The position numbers and the translations under genes are program-made. Of a stretch of DNA of 64,000 nucleotides, positions 40,148 to 51,400 are shown in pieces (position 1 is the first letter of the stretch; every line of letters starts with the position of its first letter). This DNA comes from a bacterium (GTDB lineage Bacteria > Patescibacteriota > Patescibacteriia > SG8-24). Location: the NCBI GenBank assembly GCA_021824285.1, contig JAKAKZ010000001.1:4096-68095 (forward strand). Direction: 5' to 3'. The notes beneath the pieces were generated by a model. The model had not been told where the DNA came from. It saw only the letters and a program-made list of their open reading frames with translations, and did no database searches.

Positions 40148-40935
40148 AGGGCCAGGCCGGTCAGGCCGGAATACCACGCCAGAACGCCATCACCCCAGAG
40201 CAGCGCGACCAGGGTCGCCAGCGACAGAAAGGTGCCGAAAGGGATTTCACTTCGCCAGCCCTTGTGACGCATGGCAATCAAGGTCGAACCGATGATGGCG
40301 CCGGAAACATAGGCTATAAACAGCGCCAACAGCAGTTTGGACGGGCCGAGCGCCGCTCCCATGAACCCGCCAAGGTAGATGTCGCCGCCGCCGATCCAGC
40401 GCCCCTTCGACAGGACGAACTGCAGAGCGAAAAAACCAGCGCCCAGAGCTACGGCCAGAAGCAGGCTCGTCCAGGGGATGCCGAGCGCCAGGTTGGCCGC
40501 GGCGGCCAGAAGACCGGCCGGCACGACCAGCTTCGGCAGGATCAGCATGTACTTGAGATCGTAGAGGAACACCACGGTCAGGAGCGACCCGACAAACCAG
40601 AAATAGACCAGCCGCGCCACTGTCATCTGGTCGATATACTGCGAGCCGTCCAAAACGGAAAGCGCCGACCAGACGTACACCAAACCGACGGCCAGCTCGA
40701 CCATCAGATACTGCGGGCTGATCTCCTTGCGGCAGTAGCGACAGCGGCCGCGGAGCATCAGCCAGCTCAAGGCCGGGACGAGATCGAGCGCCCCCAAGCG
40801 ATGCCCGCAGTTCGGACAGTGGGAGCGGCCAGAAAGGATGTTCTCGCCAACGCGCAGCCGATACACCGAGGCGTTCAGAAAACTGCCCATCGATGCGCCA
40901 AATGCGAAAATGAAGGCGGCCAAGACCGGACTCAT
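40144..40935 (-). CDS. pilD: Prepilin peptidase
   Basis: GSFLN, RSHCPNC...LRGRCRYC, YDLKY, GGGD, IPFGTFL. Confidence 0.93.
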   Translation of the reverse strand: MSPVLAAFIFAFGASMGSFLNASVYRLRVGENILSGRSHCPNCGHRLGALDLVPALSWLMLRGRCRYCRKEISPQYLMVELAVGLVYVWSALSVLDGSQYIDQMTVARLVYFWFVGSLLTVVFLYDLKYMLILPKLVVPAGLLAAAANLALGIPWTSLLLAVALGAGFFALQFVLSKGRWIGGGDIYLGGFMGAALGPSKLLLALFIAYVSGAIIGSTLIAMRHKGWRSEIPFGTFLSLATLVALLWGDGVLAWYSGLTGLAL

Positions 40936-41100
40936 ATGGGCTTATGATAGCACGACGCCAATCTGAACGCGATGCTTATTTGAGGTCATGCGCTCAAGAC
41001 CGGTTATCCTGCCGGATCTGGCAATTCGTTGCCTATGCGCAAGGCCGCATTCCGACCGGACATGGCAGTCGTCGCTCGCTGATTACTCGCATTACCAACG

Positions 41101-41132
41101 AAAAACGGCCCCGCCGAAGCGGAGCCGTTCTT
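41101..41132 (-). terminator. Intrinsic terminator after the pilin gene
   Basis: AAAAACGGC.CCGC-CGAA-GCGG.GCCGTT. Confidence 0.65.
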
Positions 41133-41142
41133 CTGAATCGGC

Positions 41143-41622
<480 letters not shown>

Positions 41623-41831
41623 GGCCTGTGGCTACGAATTAGATATTTGGAGTTGTGACTTTATTATAGCACGAAATCGTCGTAGGTGCCACGCTGGCGG
41701 TCGGATTCGACCTTATCCTTCCCGAGTGGGTTACCCACAATGACAAAAAAAGGATAGCACAAATCTCGGCAAGTGAACTGTGCATATCTCTAATAAAAAA
41801 TAAGCTCCCCCGAGCTTATCCGCCGCGCAAA

Positions 41832-43037
41832 TCAGAACTGCTGCGCCATCTGGTACATCGGCAGCATGATGGCGGCGACCATGATGCCTACGGCACCGCC
41901 CATGGCCAACATGATGAGCGGCTCGATGGCTGAAACCAGGTTGTCCACCAGGTTCTCCAGGTCTCGGGTATAAAAATCGGTCAGGCGCTCCAGCACCTCC
42001 TGCATCCGGCCCGTCTCCTCGCCGACCGCCATCATCTGCGGGACCATGAGCGGCATGGTGCGGTCGCTCATGAAGACCGAGGTGATCGAATGGCCGTCCG
42101 AAACCTGTTTTTTCGTCTCCACGATATTCTTGCGGTAATGCGCGTTGCCGACGATGTCTGACGTCACGGTGAGGGCCTGCGGGATGTCCAGACCGCCGGA
42201 AAGCATAGTGCCGAAACTGCGGGTGAAGCGCACCAGATAGATGCGCTGCAGCAAGGGTCCGACCACGGGAATGAACAGCTTAACGAAATCCCATTTGCTG
42301 CGGCCGCTTTCAGTGGAGACCCACCAGCGGAAGGCGATGCCGGCCAGGACCGCGCCGATGGCGATGCCGACCACGTTGTTTTTCATGAACTCGCTGGTCG
42401 CGATCAGCAGGCGCGTCGTCCACGGCAGTTTCATGCCCGACTCGATCAGCGAGGCCGTGAGCTTCGGCACCACGAAGGTCATCATGATGAAGCCGATCAC
42501 GATCATGCCGGTGACGACGATGATCGGATAGGTCATGGCGCCCTTGATGCGCGAATTGAGGTCGTAGTCGCGCTCCATCTGGTCGGCCATGTAGTTCATG
42601 ACCTCCTCTAGGCGGCCGGTCGTTTCTCCGGACTTCACCATGTTGATGAAGAAGTCGGTAAAGGCGTTCCGGTGGCTCTCCATGGCCGTCGACAGCGCAA
42701 TGCCGTTCTCGACCTCGCTCGCCAGATCCAGCACGATGGCCCGCAGCTTCCGGTGCTGCGTCTGTTTGGCGACGGTCTTCAGCGCCTGCACGATCGGCAC
42801 TTTCGCGCCCATCAAAACGGAAAATTGGCGCGAAAAAATCACGATCTCCTTGATCGGAATCTTGTTCAGAAACGGCAGTTCCTTGCCCCCGAAAGCGTCC
42901 TTCTTGGCCTCCAGCTTCAGGACCGTGAAACCGCGGTCCCGCAGGGTATCCATCGCGCTCTCCCGGTCCGGAGATTCGACGACGCCCGATGAGGTCGCAC
43001 CCTGCCCGTCGGTCGCCCGATATGAGAATTTAGGCAT
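41832..43037 (-). CDS. pilC: Type IV pilus platform protein (PilC/GspF)
   Basis: FSRQF, SGETTGRL, AMTYP, VGEETG, IEPL. Confidence 0.9.
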   Translation of the reverse strand: MPKFSYRATDGQGATSSGVVESPDRESAMDTLRDRGFTVLKLEAKKDAFGGKELPFLNKIPIKEIVIFSRQFSVLMGAKVPIVQALKTVAKQTQHRKLRAIVLDLASEVENGIALSTAMESHRNAFTDFFINMVKSGETTGRLEEVMNYMADQMERDYDLNSRIKGAMTYPIIVVTGMIVIGFIMMTFVVPKLTASLIESGMKLPWTTRLLIATSEFMKNNVVGIAIGAVLAGIAFRWWVSTESGRSKWDFVKLFIPVVGPLLQRIYLVRFTRSFGTMLSGGLDIPQALTVTSDIVGNAHYRKNIVETKKQVSDGHSITSVFMSDRTMPLMVPQMMAVGEETGRMQEVLERLTDFYTRDLENLVDNLVSAIEPLIMLAMGGAVGIMVAAIMLPMYQMAQQF

Positions 43038-43098
43038 GGTGGCTTGGCGCCGGGAAGACCTTGCCGGCGTTCCCGAAACGATAACCCGAAATCACCGC

Positions 43099-43485
43099 TC
43101 AGGTGATTTTCAGGACCTTCTTTATCTTGGCGACAGCCTCGGCCGGCACGAAATGCGCTTTGATGAGGTAATCGACTGCGCCATCCTCCAGGCCCTTCTC
43201 GATATCCTCCTTCTGGCCCAGGTTGGTAAGCATGATGCCCGGAATGTCCTTGGTGCCGGGATCGGCCTTGAGCCGCTTACGGGCCTCAAAACCATCGAGC
43301 TTCGGCATGAGCACGTCCAACAGGATCAGGTCGGGTTTCTCTTTCTGCGCCACCTTAATGCCTTCCTCGCCATCGTGCGCGGAGACGACCTGAAAACCCT
43401 CCAGATCCAACTTGGTAGCGTAGATCCCCGACAGGAACGTGTCGTCATCGACAATGAGAATCTTCGGCATCGGCTTGTCTGGCAT
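43099..43485 (-). CDS. Single-domain response regulator
   Basis: ILIVDDD, LILLDVLMP, MLTN, DYLIK. Confidence 0.92.
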   Translation of the reverse strand: MPDKPMPKILIVDDDTFLSGIYATKLDLEGFQVVSAHDGEEGIKVAQKEKPDLILLDVLMPKLDGFEARKRLKADPGTKDIPGIMLTNLGQKEDIEKGLEDGAVDYLIKAHFVPAEAVAKIKKVLKIT

Positions 43486-43507
43486 ATATTATGTGGTTCG
43501 GTCGGCG

Positions 43508-45250
43508 TCACTCCGACGTTATGCGCATTACGTCTTCTATTGTAGTCCAACCCTCAAGAGCCTTCAAGAGCGCGTCCTGACGAAGGTTGATGAAATCCTT
43601 GCGTTTAAGCACTTCCTGCACCTGATCGACCGGGAATCCCTTGGCGATAAGCAGCTTAAGCTCCTCGTCGAACTGGAAGATCTCGCCGACCGCCACGCGG
43701 CCGACATAGCCGCCGTTGTTGCAGCGGGTGCAGCCGCGCCCCTTATAGAAGGTCCAAGGGGTCTTTTCGAGGTCCAGATGCTTGCGGTATTTGAGCGGGA
43801 TGGCCAGTACCTCCTGCCGCACGCGGGCTTCGACCTCCGGCGGCAGCTGGATCGAGGTCTTGCAGCGTTCGCAGATCTTGCGGGCGAGGCGCTGGGCGAT
43901 GGCCATGTTGAAGGTGGCGGACAGCAGGAAGGGCTCGATGTGCATGTCCATGAGGCGCGGAACCACGCCCATGGCGTCGTTGGTGTGGATGGTGGAGAAG
44001 ATCAGGTGGCCGGTCAGCGCCGCGTGCACGGCCAGTTCGCCGGTCTCCGAGTCGCGGATTTCGCCGACCATGATGATGTTGGGGTCCTGGCGCAGCAGGG
44101 CGCGGAGGCCGGAGGCGAAGGTAAAGCCGACTTCCGGACGGACCTGCGACTGGTTGACGCCCTGAATGGTGTACTCGACCGGATCCTCCAGCGTGGAAAT
44201 GTTGACGCGCTCCTCGTTGCGCATGTTCATGATGGTGAAGAGCGTCGTCGATTTGCCGGAGCCGGTCGGACCGGTAATCAGGAAGATGCCGTGCGGCTTG
44301 CGGATCTCCTCGACGATGGCCTCGACGTACTGGGTACGGAAACCGAGCTGTTCGAGCGTGGGCACGCCTCTCGTGGTGTCCAGCACGCGCATCACGACCT
44401 TCTCCTGATCCTGCAGCGGTAAAGTCGACACGCGGAAATCGATGCGCTTGCCGTTGAAGGTCTCCGTGATGCGGCCGTCCTGCGGCACGCGCGTCTCGTC
44501 CAGCTTGAGGTTGGCCAGCACCTTCACGCGGGCGACCAACGAGGCGTGGATGTACTTCGGCAGGGTCAGGGAGGTGCGCAAGACGCCGTCCACGCGGTAG
44601 CGGACGCGGCTGTCATTGGCCAGCGGCTCGATGTGAATATCGGACGCGCCGCCGTCGTAGGCGTGGCGCAGGATGACGCTGACGATGCGGGAGACTGGCG
44701 CCCCCTTGATCACCTCCTCGATCTTCTCCTCTTTCTGGGCCTCTTTCGGCTTCTCAACGAACTTTTCCTTGGCGACTTCGAGGGCCTTGGCGACTTCCTT
44801 GCCGAGCGCCTCGTATTTCTTCATCGCGAAAGCGTAAGAGGCCGGCGAAACGATGTGATACTTGAGCCGCAACCCGGCCGTCTGCGCATAGAAGTCCAGC
44901 GCCTGGCGCTGCTGGCCGTCAAGCGGATCGACCATGCCGACCAGCACCCCCTCGTCGTCCTTGTCGAAGGCGACCGCCTTGGTCGTCTCGGCGACCTGCT
45001 TCGGAATCAGGTTCACGTTGGCGGATACGATATTTTTGCCCTGCAGGTCCGCGTATGGAAGCCCCATGACCGTGCCGCGTGCCTTGGCCAGCCCCTCTTC
45101 ATCAAGGAATTTCTTTTCAATTAAAAGCGCAGCTAGGCTCTTGCCCGTGGCCTGCTCGTCGGCGCGCAAACCGTTCGCCTGCTCGTCGGTCAGGGTGCCG
45201 GATTCTATAAGGATAGCCAAGAGCTCGGTTTCCTGGGCGCGGGAGGCCAT
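43508..45250 (-). CDS. pilB: Type IV pilus assembly ATPase (PilB/GspE)
   Basis: ASDIHIEP, GPTGSGKSTT, LRQDPNIIMVGEIRD, AQRLARKIC. Confidence 0.92.
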   Translation of the reverse strand: MASRAQETELLAILIESGTLTDEQANGLRADEQATGKSLAALLIEKKFLDEEGLAKARGTVMGLPYADLQGKNIVSANVNLIPKQVAETTKAVAFDKDDEGVLVGMVDPLDGQQRQALDFYAQTAGLRLKYHIVSPASYAFAMKKYEALGKEVAKALEVAKEKFVEKPKEAQKEEKIEEVIKGAPVSRIVSVILRHAYDGGASDIHIEPLANDSRVRYRVDGVLRTSLTLPKYIHASLVARVKVLANLKLDETRVPQDGRITETFNGKRIDFRVSTLPLQDQEKVVMRVLDTTRGVPTLEQLGFRTQYVEAIVEEIRKPHGIFLITGPTGSGKSTTLFTIMNMRNEERVNISTLEDPVEYTIQGVNQSQVRPEVGFTFASGLRALLRQDPNIIMVGEIRDSETGELAVHAALTGHLIFSTIHTNDAMGVVPRLMDMHIEPFLLSATFNMAIAQRLARKICERCKTSIQLPPEVEARVRQEVLAIPLKYRKHLDLEKTPWTFYKGRGCTRCNNGGYVGRVAVGEIFQFDEELKLLIAKGFPVDQVQEVLKRKDFINLRQDALLKALEGWTTIEDVMRITSE

Positions 45251-45256
45251 AACTGT

Positions 45257-45547
45257 TCAGGGCTGGAGGGCTCCGAAGATGTCGTCGACACCGGTCGGGC
45301 CAGGTTCAATCGGCGCCGCCGTGTCCGAGGAGGCCGGAAAATCAGGCCGACGGATAACGGCGTCATCGATGTTCTGCGGAATAGTGGGGCGGGTCGGCGC
45401 CGCATACTGAGCTGACATGTCGACGGGCGGCGGCAGCAGGCTCTTCCAATTCAAGGCGAGCAGGATGACGACGATAACGAAAAACACCGCGGCCAACGCC
45501 ATCGCCTGCTGCTGTTTGGTCAGCTGGATATCCATAACGGAATTCAC
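45257..45547 (-). CDS. Small membrane-anchored T4P-cluster protein
   Basis: Single TM and Pro-rich tail; coupled within the pil operon. Confidence 0.6.
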   Translation of the reverse strand: MNSVMDIQLTKQQQAMALAAVFFVIVVILLALNWKSLLPPPVDMSAQYAAPTRPTIPQNIDDAVIRRPDFPASSDTAAPIEPGPTGVDDIFGALQP

Positions 45548-46179
45548 TTTTGCTTAGCGGCATCGTACCGCGTGACCTTGAGGCCGATCTTCTCCAGGGC
45601 GTTCGGATCAAGATAGTAGGTGTAGATGTCGAGCGAATAGTCCGTGGTGTCGGTACCGACCGACACGGAACGGATGTCATAGACGCGCCGGAAGGTCTCC
45701 AACAGGCCGAGGAACCGTTTCAGCTTACGGTAATCGCCGCCGGATATGCCTACCGTGACCTTGATCACGCTCCGACCGGAAACGCTGTCGGCTGGCACGT
45801 CCAGGCTGGTCGAAACGCCCTTCAGCACAAAGCCGGAGCGTTTGGCCAAATCCTCGAAATCCGCGAATACGCCGACCGGATCGCCGGTTTCCGGCACTAA
45901 GGCTTTCATTTTGCCCAAGCTGTCGCTAGGCAATTCAGCCAGTTTCTTCGCAGCCTTATCAAGCTTGTCGCGGTAGGTCTGCGATTCGGCGAGGCGGGCC
46001 TGGGCCGGCGCCAAATCAAGACGTCCGCCAGCAAGGATATCCCCGAGCGACGGCCTGATCAGCAGGAAATAGCCGGCCAAAAGGACTGCGAGTCCCACCA
46101 CCGGAACGGTATACGGCAGGAACCGCGCGGCCTTGATCAGCATTTCCTTGTTGATGGTCAGGGAAGCCATAGGGGTCAT
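45544..46179 (-). CDS. PilO-like protein
   Basis: N-terminal TM, coiled coil, G.Y..LK.FL..LE...R pattern; follows pilM/N. Confidence 0.7.
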   Translation of the reverse strand: MTPMASLTINKEMLIKAARFLPYTVPVVGLAVLLAGYFLLIRPSLGDILAGGRLDLAPAQARLAESQTYRDKLDKAAKKLAELPSDSLGKMKALVPETGDPVGVFADFEDLAKRSGFVLKGVSTSLDVPADSVSGRSVIKVTVGISGGDYRKLKRFLGLLETFRRVYDIRSVSVGTDTTDYSLDIYTYYLDPNALEKIGLKVTRYDAAKQK

Positions 46180-47249
46180 TTTTTGGCTTCTTTGAGCTGC
46201 CGGAGAATGACCGGGAGCTGTCCGCTGCAGGAGGCGAAATCCTCGGCCAGCGCGTCCGCGAAGGCCTCATGGAACGGTTTGGACATGTCCAAACGGCAAT
46301 CCGCGTTCTTCAGAGCGATATCCTTGTTGTCGTTCACGACGTAGCGGAACCTGATTTCGCAGAATCCTTTGACCTCGCCCAGCACCTCGTAGTGGGTTTT
46401 GGCCGTACCCTCTTCGCCATCAGCCGTTGTCGGCGAACAGGTCTTGAACTTGTTGTCGAGGCACTGCATCATCTCGGACCAGGTCTTATCCGTGCCGCAG
46501 TCCACGACCTGCTCCGGCGCAGCCGGCATGTCGCCCTGCCGGAAACGGGCGGCCGCAGCGGCATAGCGCAACGGAATATTGAACTTGACCGAACTGACGT
46601 TCCCGTAATCGTCCCCCACGGCATCCGCCGCGCTGATGCCGACGGCAACGATGTCCGAGGTGGCCCGGAAGGCCATGATCTGCCTGACGATATCGCGGTA
46701 TTTGAGCGCCGTAGCGCTCAAAGCGATGGTCCCCTTCTCCAAATCGATAGCCGCAGAACCGTAGCGCACAGCCGGGATGGTGTTCCGCTCGATGAGCCGG
46801 AACACGCGCGTCGCATAGACGTGCTGATCCAGGGTCTTGGCCACGACCGAAGAGCGGATCGAATAGAGGGCCAAGTCGTTGACGGAACTGCTCATGTCGG
46901 AAATCTGCTTGTCGGTCGCTTGGATTTGCGACCTGATGGACTCAAGCGTGGCCATGCGCCTAGCGGCGACGCTCCGCAACAGGGCATAACCGACGCCGAA
47001 CAGCACCAGTTCGACCGCAACCACGAGACCGATTATGGCCAGCCAGCGCCGCGGGTCGGTCTTGGCCTGCTCCGCGATTTCCGAAGGAATCAGCGAGACG
47101 CGCAAAGCGCCGGCTCCGGTTGAGGGGGCCTTGGGCGGGGCGAGCGGCGGTTTCGGCGGCGCCGGCGGCGGCTTTGGCGCCGGCGGCTTTGGCGGGGCGC
47201 CCGAGCCAGATTGTGGCGGTATAAGCGGAGCGTCTGCCATAGTTGTCAT
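46176..47249 (-). CDS. PilN-like protein with Pro-rich N-terminus and an extra Cys-containing C-terminal domain
   Basis: VSLIP + TM + coiled coil; directly after pilM. Confidence 0.65.
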   Translation of the reverse strand: MTTMADAPLIPPQSGSGAPPKPPAPKPPPAPPKPPLAPPKAPSTGAGALRVSLIPSEIAEQAKTDPRRWLAIIGLVVAVELVLFGVGYALLRSVAARRMATLESIRSQIQATDKQISDMSSSVNDLALYSIRSSVVAKTLDQHVYATRVFRLIERNTIPAVRYGSAAIDLEKGTIALSATALKYRDIVRQIMAFRATSDIVAVGISAADAVGDDYGNVSSVKFNIPLRYAAAAARFRQGDMPAAPEQVVDCGTDKTWSEMMQCLDNKFKTCSPTTADGEEGTAKTHYEVLGEVKGFCEIRFRYVVNDNKDIALKNADCRLDMSKPFHEAFADALAEDFASCSGQLPVILRQLKEAKK

Positions 47250-48349
47250 TCGATGTCGCGCATGGCGAGGCCGACCGACACCGCGAAACGCGGTCCGACC
47301 TCGTCGAGCACCGGACGAAGCTCATCAGGATAGACGACCCGGGCCCACGGATCGCCGACGTAAGAGCGGATACTGAGCTGTTTGGTGAAGTAGCCGGCGA
47401 GCGAAGGCAAAAGGGCGGAACCGCCGGTGATGATGATCTTCTCCACCTGCTTCCCGTTCTGGTCATCGCCCTGACCGGTGTAGAGATCCATTGAATATTT
47501 CAGCTCCGTGACCATCGGCAGCATGGTCGTCTCGAAGACCTTCGGCAGGCCCTCCGCCGGATAGATGGAGGACACGCCCTTGATGTCGCACTTCAGCGAC
47601 TCGGCCGACTTGATATCCATATTCAGGGCCCGGCTCATGGCCCGCGTGAGCGAGGCGCCGCCCATATCGAGGCTGCGCGTCACGTACGGAACGCCGTTCT
47701 CCACGATGATGATGTTGGTGCGGAGCGCGCCGATGTCCACGATCATGCTGATGGAGCGGTCCTTGCCGATAAGAGAGCGGACCAGCGCGAAAGTCTCCGT
47801 CTCCAGGCTTTCGAGAGTCAGGCCGGCCAGCTGAAAAACCTTCAGGTACTTGCTCACCATGGCGCGGGAGGCGCCCGTGATGAGCATCTGGACGTTCTTG
47901 CTCTCCTCCTTCTTCGCGTCTTCCTTGGCAGGCCCCTTGGCCGCGCCCTTTTCGCCCGGTGCCGGAATGGGCTTGTAATCCATGATCATGTCCTCGAGCG
48001 GCACGGGGATGAGCTTGCGCGCCTGGACCTGCGCCGCCTCCAGCATCTCCTTTTCCGGTCCCTTGGGGACGGTGATGACCGAATTGAAGACTGACGCGAT
48101 CGGCAGGCCGGCCACGGTTCGGGCAGTCGAAGTCCGGGCTTTAGCTGTAATTTTTTTCAACAAAGCCGCCGTCTCTTCCGGCGCATCGGTGAGATTCGCC
48201 GGCTGGGAATCCGGTAGGCGTTCCGTGAAGCCGTAAGTGGCGAGCCTGGCCCGCCCTTTCTCATTCTGCAGTTCGACTACCTTAATGCCGCCGGCGCCCA
48301 AGTCGACTCCGAGGTAGCTCTGCTTTTTCGGTCCGAAAAATAAGCCCAT
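47246..48349 (-). CDS. pilM: Type IV pilus assembly protein PilM
   Basis: LGVDLG..GIKVVEL, VDIGALRT, ITGGSALL, VGLAMR. Confidence 0.93.
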   Translation of the reverse strand: MGLFFGPKKQSYLGVDLGAGGIKVVELQNEKGRARLATYGFTERLPDSQPANLTDAPEETAALLKKITAKARTSTARTVAGLPIASVFNSVITVPKGPEKEMLEAAQVQARKLIPVPLEDMIMDYKPIPAPGEKGAAKGPAKEDAKKEESKNVQMLITGASRAMVSKYLKVFQLAGLTLESLETETFALVRSLIGKDRSISMIVDIGALRTNIIIVENGVPYVTRSLDMGGASLTRAMSRALNMDIKSAESLKCDIKGVSSIYPAEGLPKVFETTMLPMVTELKYSMDLYTGQGDDQNGKQVEKIIITGGSALLPSLAGYFTKQLSIRSYVGDPWARVVYPDELRPVLDEVGPRFAVSVGLAMRDIE

Positions 48350-48437
48350 AATCATTTTGGCCGCAAACAATCCACAGGGCTGATTGGCCGATTGCATTAT
48401 AGCACGCTAGAGCTCCCGCGGCCTTATCTGAAGCCCG

Positions 48438-51400
48438 TCACTGCGAGATGCCGCCGAAGCGCGGCAGGGCCTTTGAGAAATCGCCGATGCCCGGCGGCGG
48501 ATTAGCCACGGCCCGACCGTCGTAAACGACCCGTTCCGCGCCCTGCTCCAGGCTCTGAAAGAGGCGGTCAAAATGGAAGACCTTGGCCACCATGACGCCG
48601 AGAACCGTAAGCGGCCGGTAGATATCCTGGTTCGACGGATAGACGCTCGTGATTCCAGATTTGCCGTCAGCGAAGAAAGTGCCCACGGCCCAAGTGACGC
48701 GCCGGTCGATATAGATATTGCCGCCCTTGAGCGGATCGAGCGGCTCTGCCAGGACGATCCAGGCCACGGAAGCCAACGAGGCGATATTGCTTTGGCTGGA
48801 CGGCGTGTTCTGATAATCGATATCCGTGGCGATGATGAGGTTGCCACCCTCGACCAGGATGGTGCCGGCGCCCGAAGCGGTATCGTTGCCGTTCAGAATC
48901 GTGAGCGCGGTCGCGGCACTGACCGTCAGGTCGTCCGGCGCACCGCCGACCGGGACGTACCGATAGACCTTGCCGCCGAGCGGGCCGTTGGCGATCGCCG
49001 TGTCGAGCTCCGCCGAGCTGCCGAAGGTCACGACCTCACCGTAGCGTCCGTTCTTCAGGCCGTTAAGATCGAGCTTGCCCAGAACGGTCTGGAAGCCCTG
49101 GGTGCGGACTGGGGTCGCGTAGCGGTATTTGGGGTCGGTCCGATTGCCCTGGGCGCAGAGCTCGCCGCGGAAATTGCTGATCGAACCTTTGGCCGAGATG
49201 CAGTACGTGGCGTTGTACCGGCCGCGCGGCGGATACTTGCGCGCGCCGATGCGCTGGGCCGAATAGAGGTTACCGAGATCGCTCTGCAGCCAGGGCGGGA
49301 TCAGGCGGTCGCAGTAATTGACGCTGGTGCAGGAGTCGCCGGCCGGGCAATCGGCGTTGCTGGAGCAGCTGATGGAGCTGTTGATCCAGCAGGAACCAAG
49401 ACAAGGGGCATTCTCGCCGCAGTCGGCGTTGGTGCGGCAGCTTGCGGTCCGATCCAGATCGCAGCGGCCGATGCCCTTCTCGCGGCTGCAGGTGGTCGTG
49501 TCCGGCAGGCCCTGATCGATGCAGTCCTGGGCGTTCCGGCAGCCGACCGGGCCGCCGCTTTTCAGGACAGAGCAGAAGCCGCACTCGAAATCGCTCAAAC
49601 AGATCTGGCCGCCGACCGCGCACATGCCCCAGCTGTAGCTGCAGTACTGCGGGTCCGACTTCGCGGGATAGCTGTCCGGCACGCCCAAATCCGCCGGTGC
49701 GGTCTGGTGCGGCTCCAGACGGATGGCGGGACAGCAGTCGTTACAGCGGATCTTCTTGGACATGTAGTCCGGCGAGCCCGGATCGAGCACGGCCAGCGGG
49801 AAATCCTGGAGGCACTGCTGCTTGTCGTTGAGATCGCTGTTGGACGGCCGCGTGCAGCACAGCGGATCAGTCGTCGGATCGCAGAGCTGGCTGTCTCCGA
49901 GACCGGTCAGCACCTTGCGGGAGTCGTCGTTCTGGCACGGCGTGTTGCGGTCAAGTTCGCAGCGCCCGAGATTCACGTCGGCGTCGCAGGCGTTACCGAT
50001 GCCGTTAGCGTCGAAATCGGACTGGTCCGGATTGTAGATGCCGGAACAGTTGTCGCAGACCTGCGGCGACGCGTCCCTGGTGAACATCTTGGTGTAGAGC
50101 GCTTCCGGCGCGCCGTCGCCGTCGAAATCGGCCTTGCTGCAGACAGTCTCCGGTTCGCCGAAGGCCGGCAAGTGGTTACAGACGTAGAAAACCTGGCGGT
50201 TCGATTCGCCGCTGTTGCCCGCGCCGTCGATGACGGACAGGGTCATGAAATACTCGCCGTCGGCCAGGTCCGGGATGGTCAGGTTCCCGTCGCAGATGGC
50301 GTGATTGCCGATGCCGACCAGCGGGAAGCTGTCGCCGCTCGCCCAAGTCAGAGGATTGCCGGCGGGGTCCAGAAGCGCCGTTCCGCCGTTATTGTCGTAG
50401 ATCTTGCCCTGGCAGGCGCCGTTGCCGAAAGCGGTGCCGGAGATGAACGTAGCCGTGGCTTTCGCCCGCATGCGCAGCCGGCGGAAGAACGGCGTCAGGG
50501 GTTGCTGCGGCACGAACTGCGTCCCACCCGAGCCGGTGTTGACTTGGATGACGAAGGCGGCGGGCACCAGGCGGAACTGGTCGCTTGTGGCCGGCGAAAT
50601 GGCCGGGGTGACCTCCACGTCCAACGAGGCGTTCTGCAGATCGCTGGTGTTACCGGCAGCGTCCTCGATATAAGAGCGCACGTCGTAGGAACCGCTCAAC
50701 TGAAAAACGAACGGTTGCGAGACGCAATTCGGGCCGGCAAACACCGTCGGATCGCTGTTGATGTCCGTAGCGCAGCGGCAGATGAGCGTCGGCGGTTTCG
50801 GATTGTCGTCCGGAATGACCCGCAGGCGGCGCGACGTGCCATAGGGGACGCGGAAAACCGGTCCGACCATGCCCTCCGGCTGGACGGCCAGTGCCGTCGG
50901 CTTCTGGGCCTCGTACAGAGTTGAAAAGAAGTGCAACGGATCCGTAGTCTCGACCTGGCCGTCCTCGCGCGTGCCGTCCGCGTGAGAGGCTACGACGCTG
51001 ATCGGATAAGGATAGGTCGTGGCGAAGGCGGCCGAGGACGGCGTCGGGCACTGCAGGCGCAGATCGAAAGGGCCGACCGGGCTGCCGGTGCTGAAGACCT
51101 GCACGGCCTTGCCGCGCTCGGCCGCGAAAGAGAACTGTCCGGCGCCGGAACCGACCAGGACGCAGGTGGCGTCGGCGTACGGATAGTACCGGTCCGTCGT
51201 CGTGGCATCGCCGATGACGAAAGTCACGGCGGCATATGAAGACGTACCGACCAGCTCCACCAGGTCATTGTAGCTGCTGCCGCCCGCGACGCTCTCATGG
51301 ACCGTGCCGTAGACGCGGGCCGAAAGGGTGGACGAAAAGCCGCCTGGCGCGGTCAGCGGATAGCCGGCCGGGTCAGTCGGCAAAAAAGCCGGCACCTCGA

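Noticed and set aside
40980-41100. Possible ncRNA between the pilin and pilD
   Set aside because: Only short GC-rich hairpins, with no promoter/terminator pair or recognisable motif.
48573-50924. Long alternative-frame or antisense ORFs (also 8240-10012, 8359-9801, 3429-4580, 58304-59731, 31345-32613)
   Set aside because: Shadows of high-GC coding genes with no recognisable motifs.
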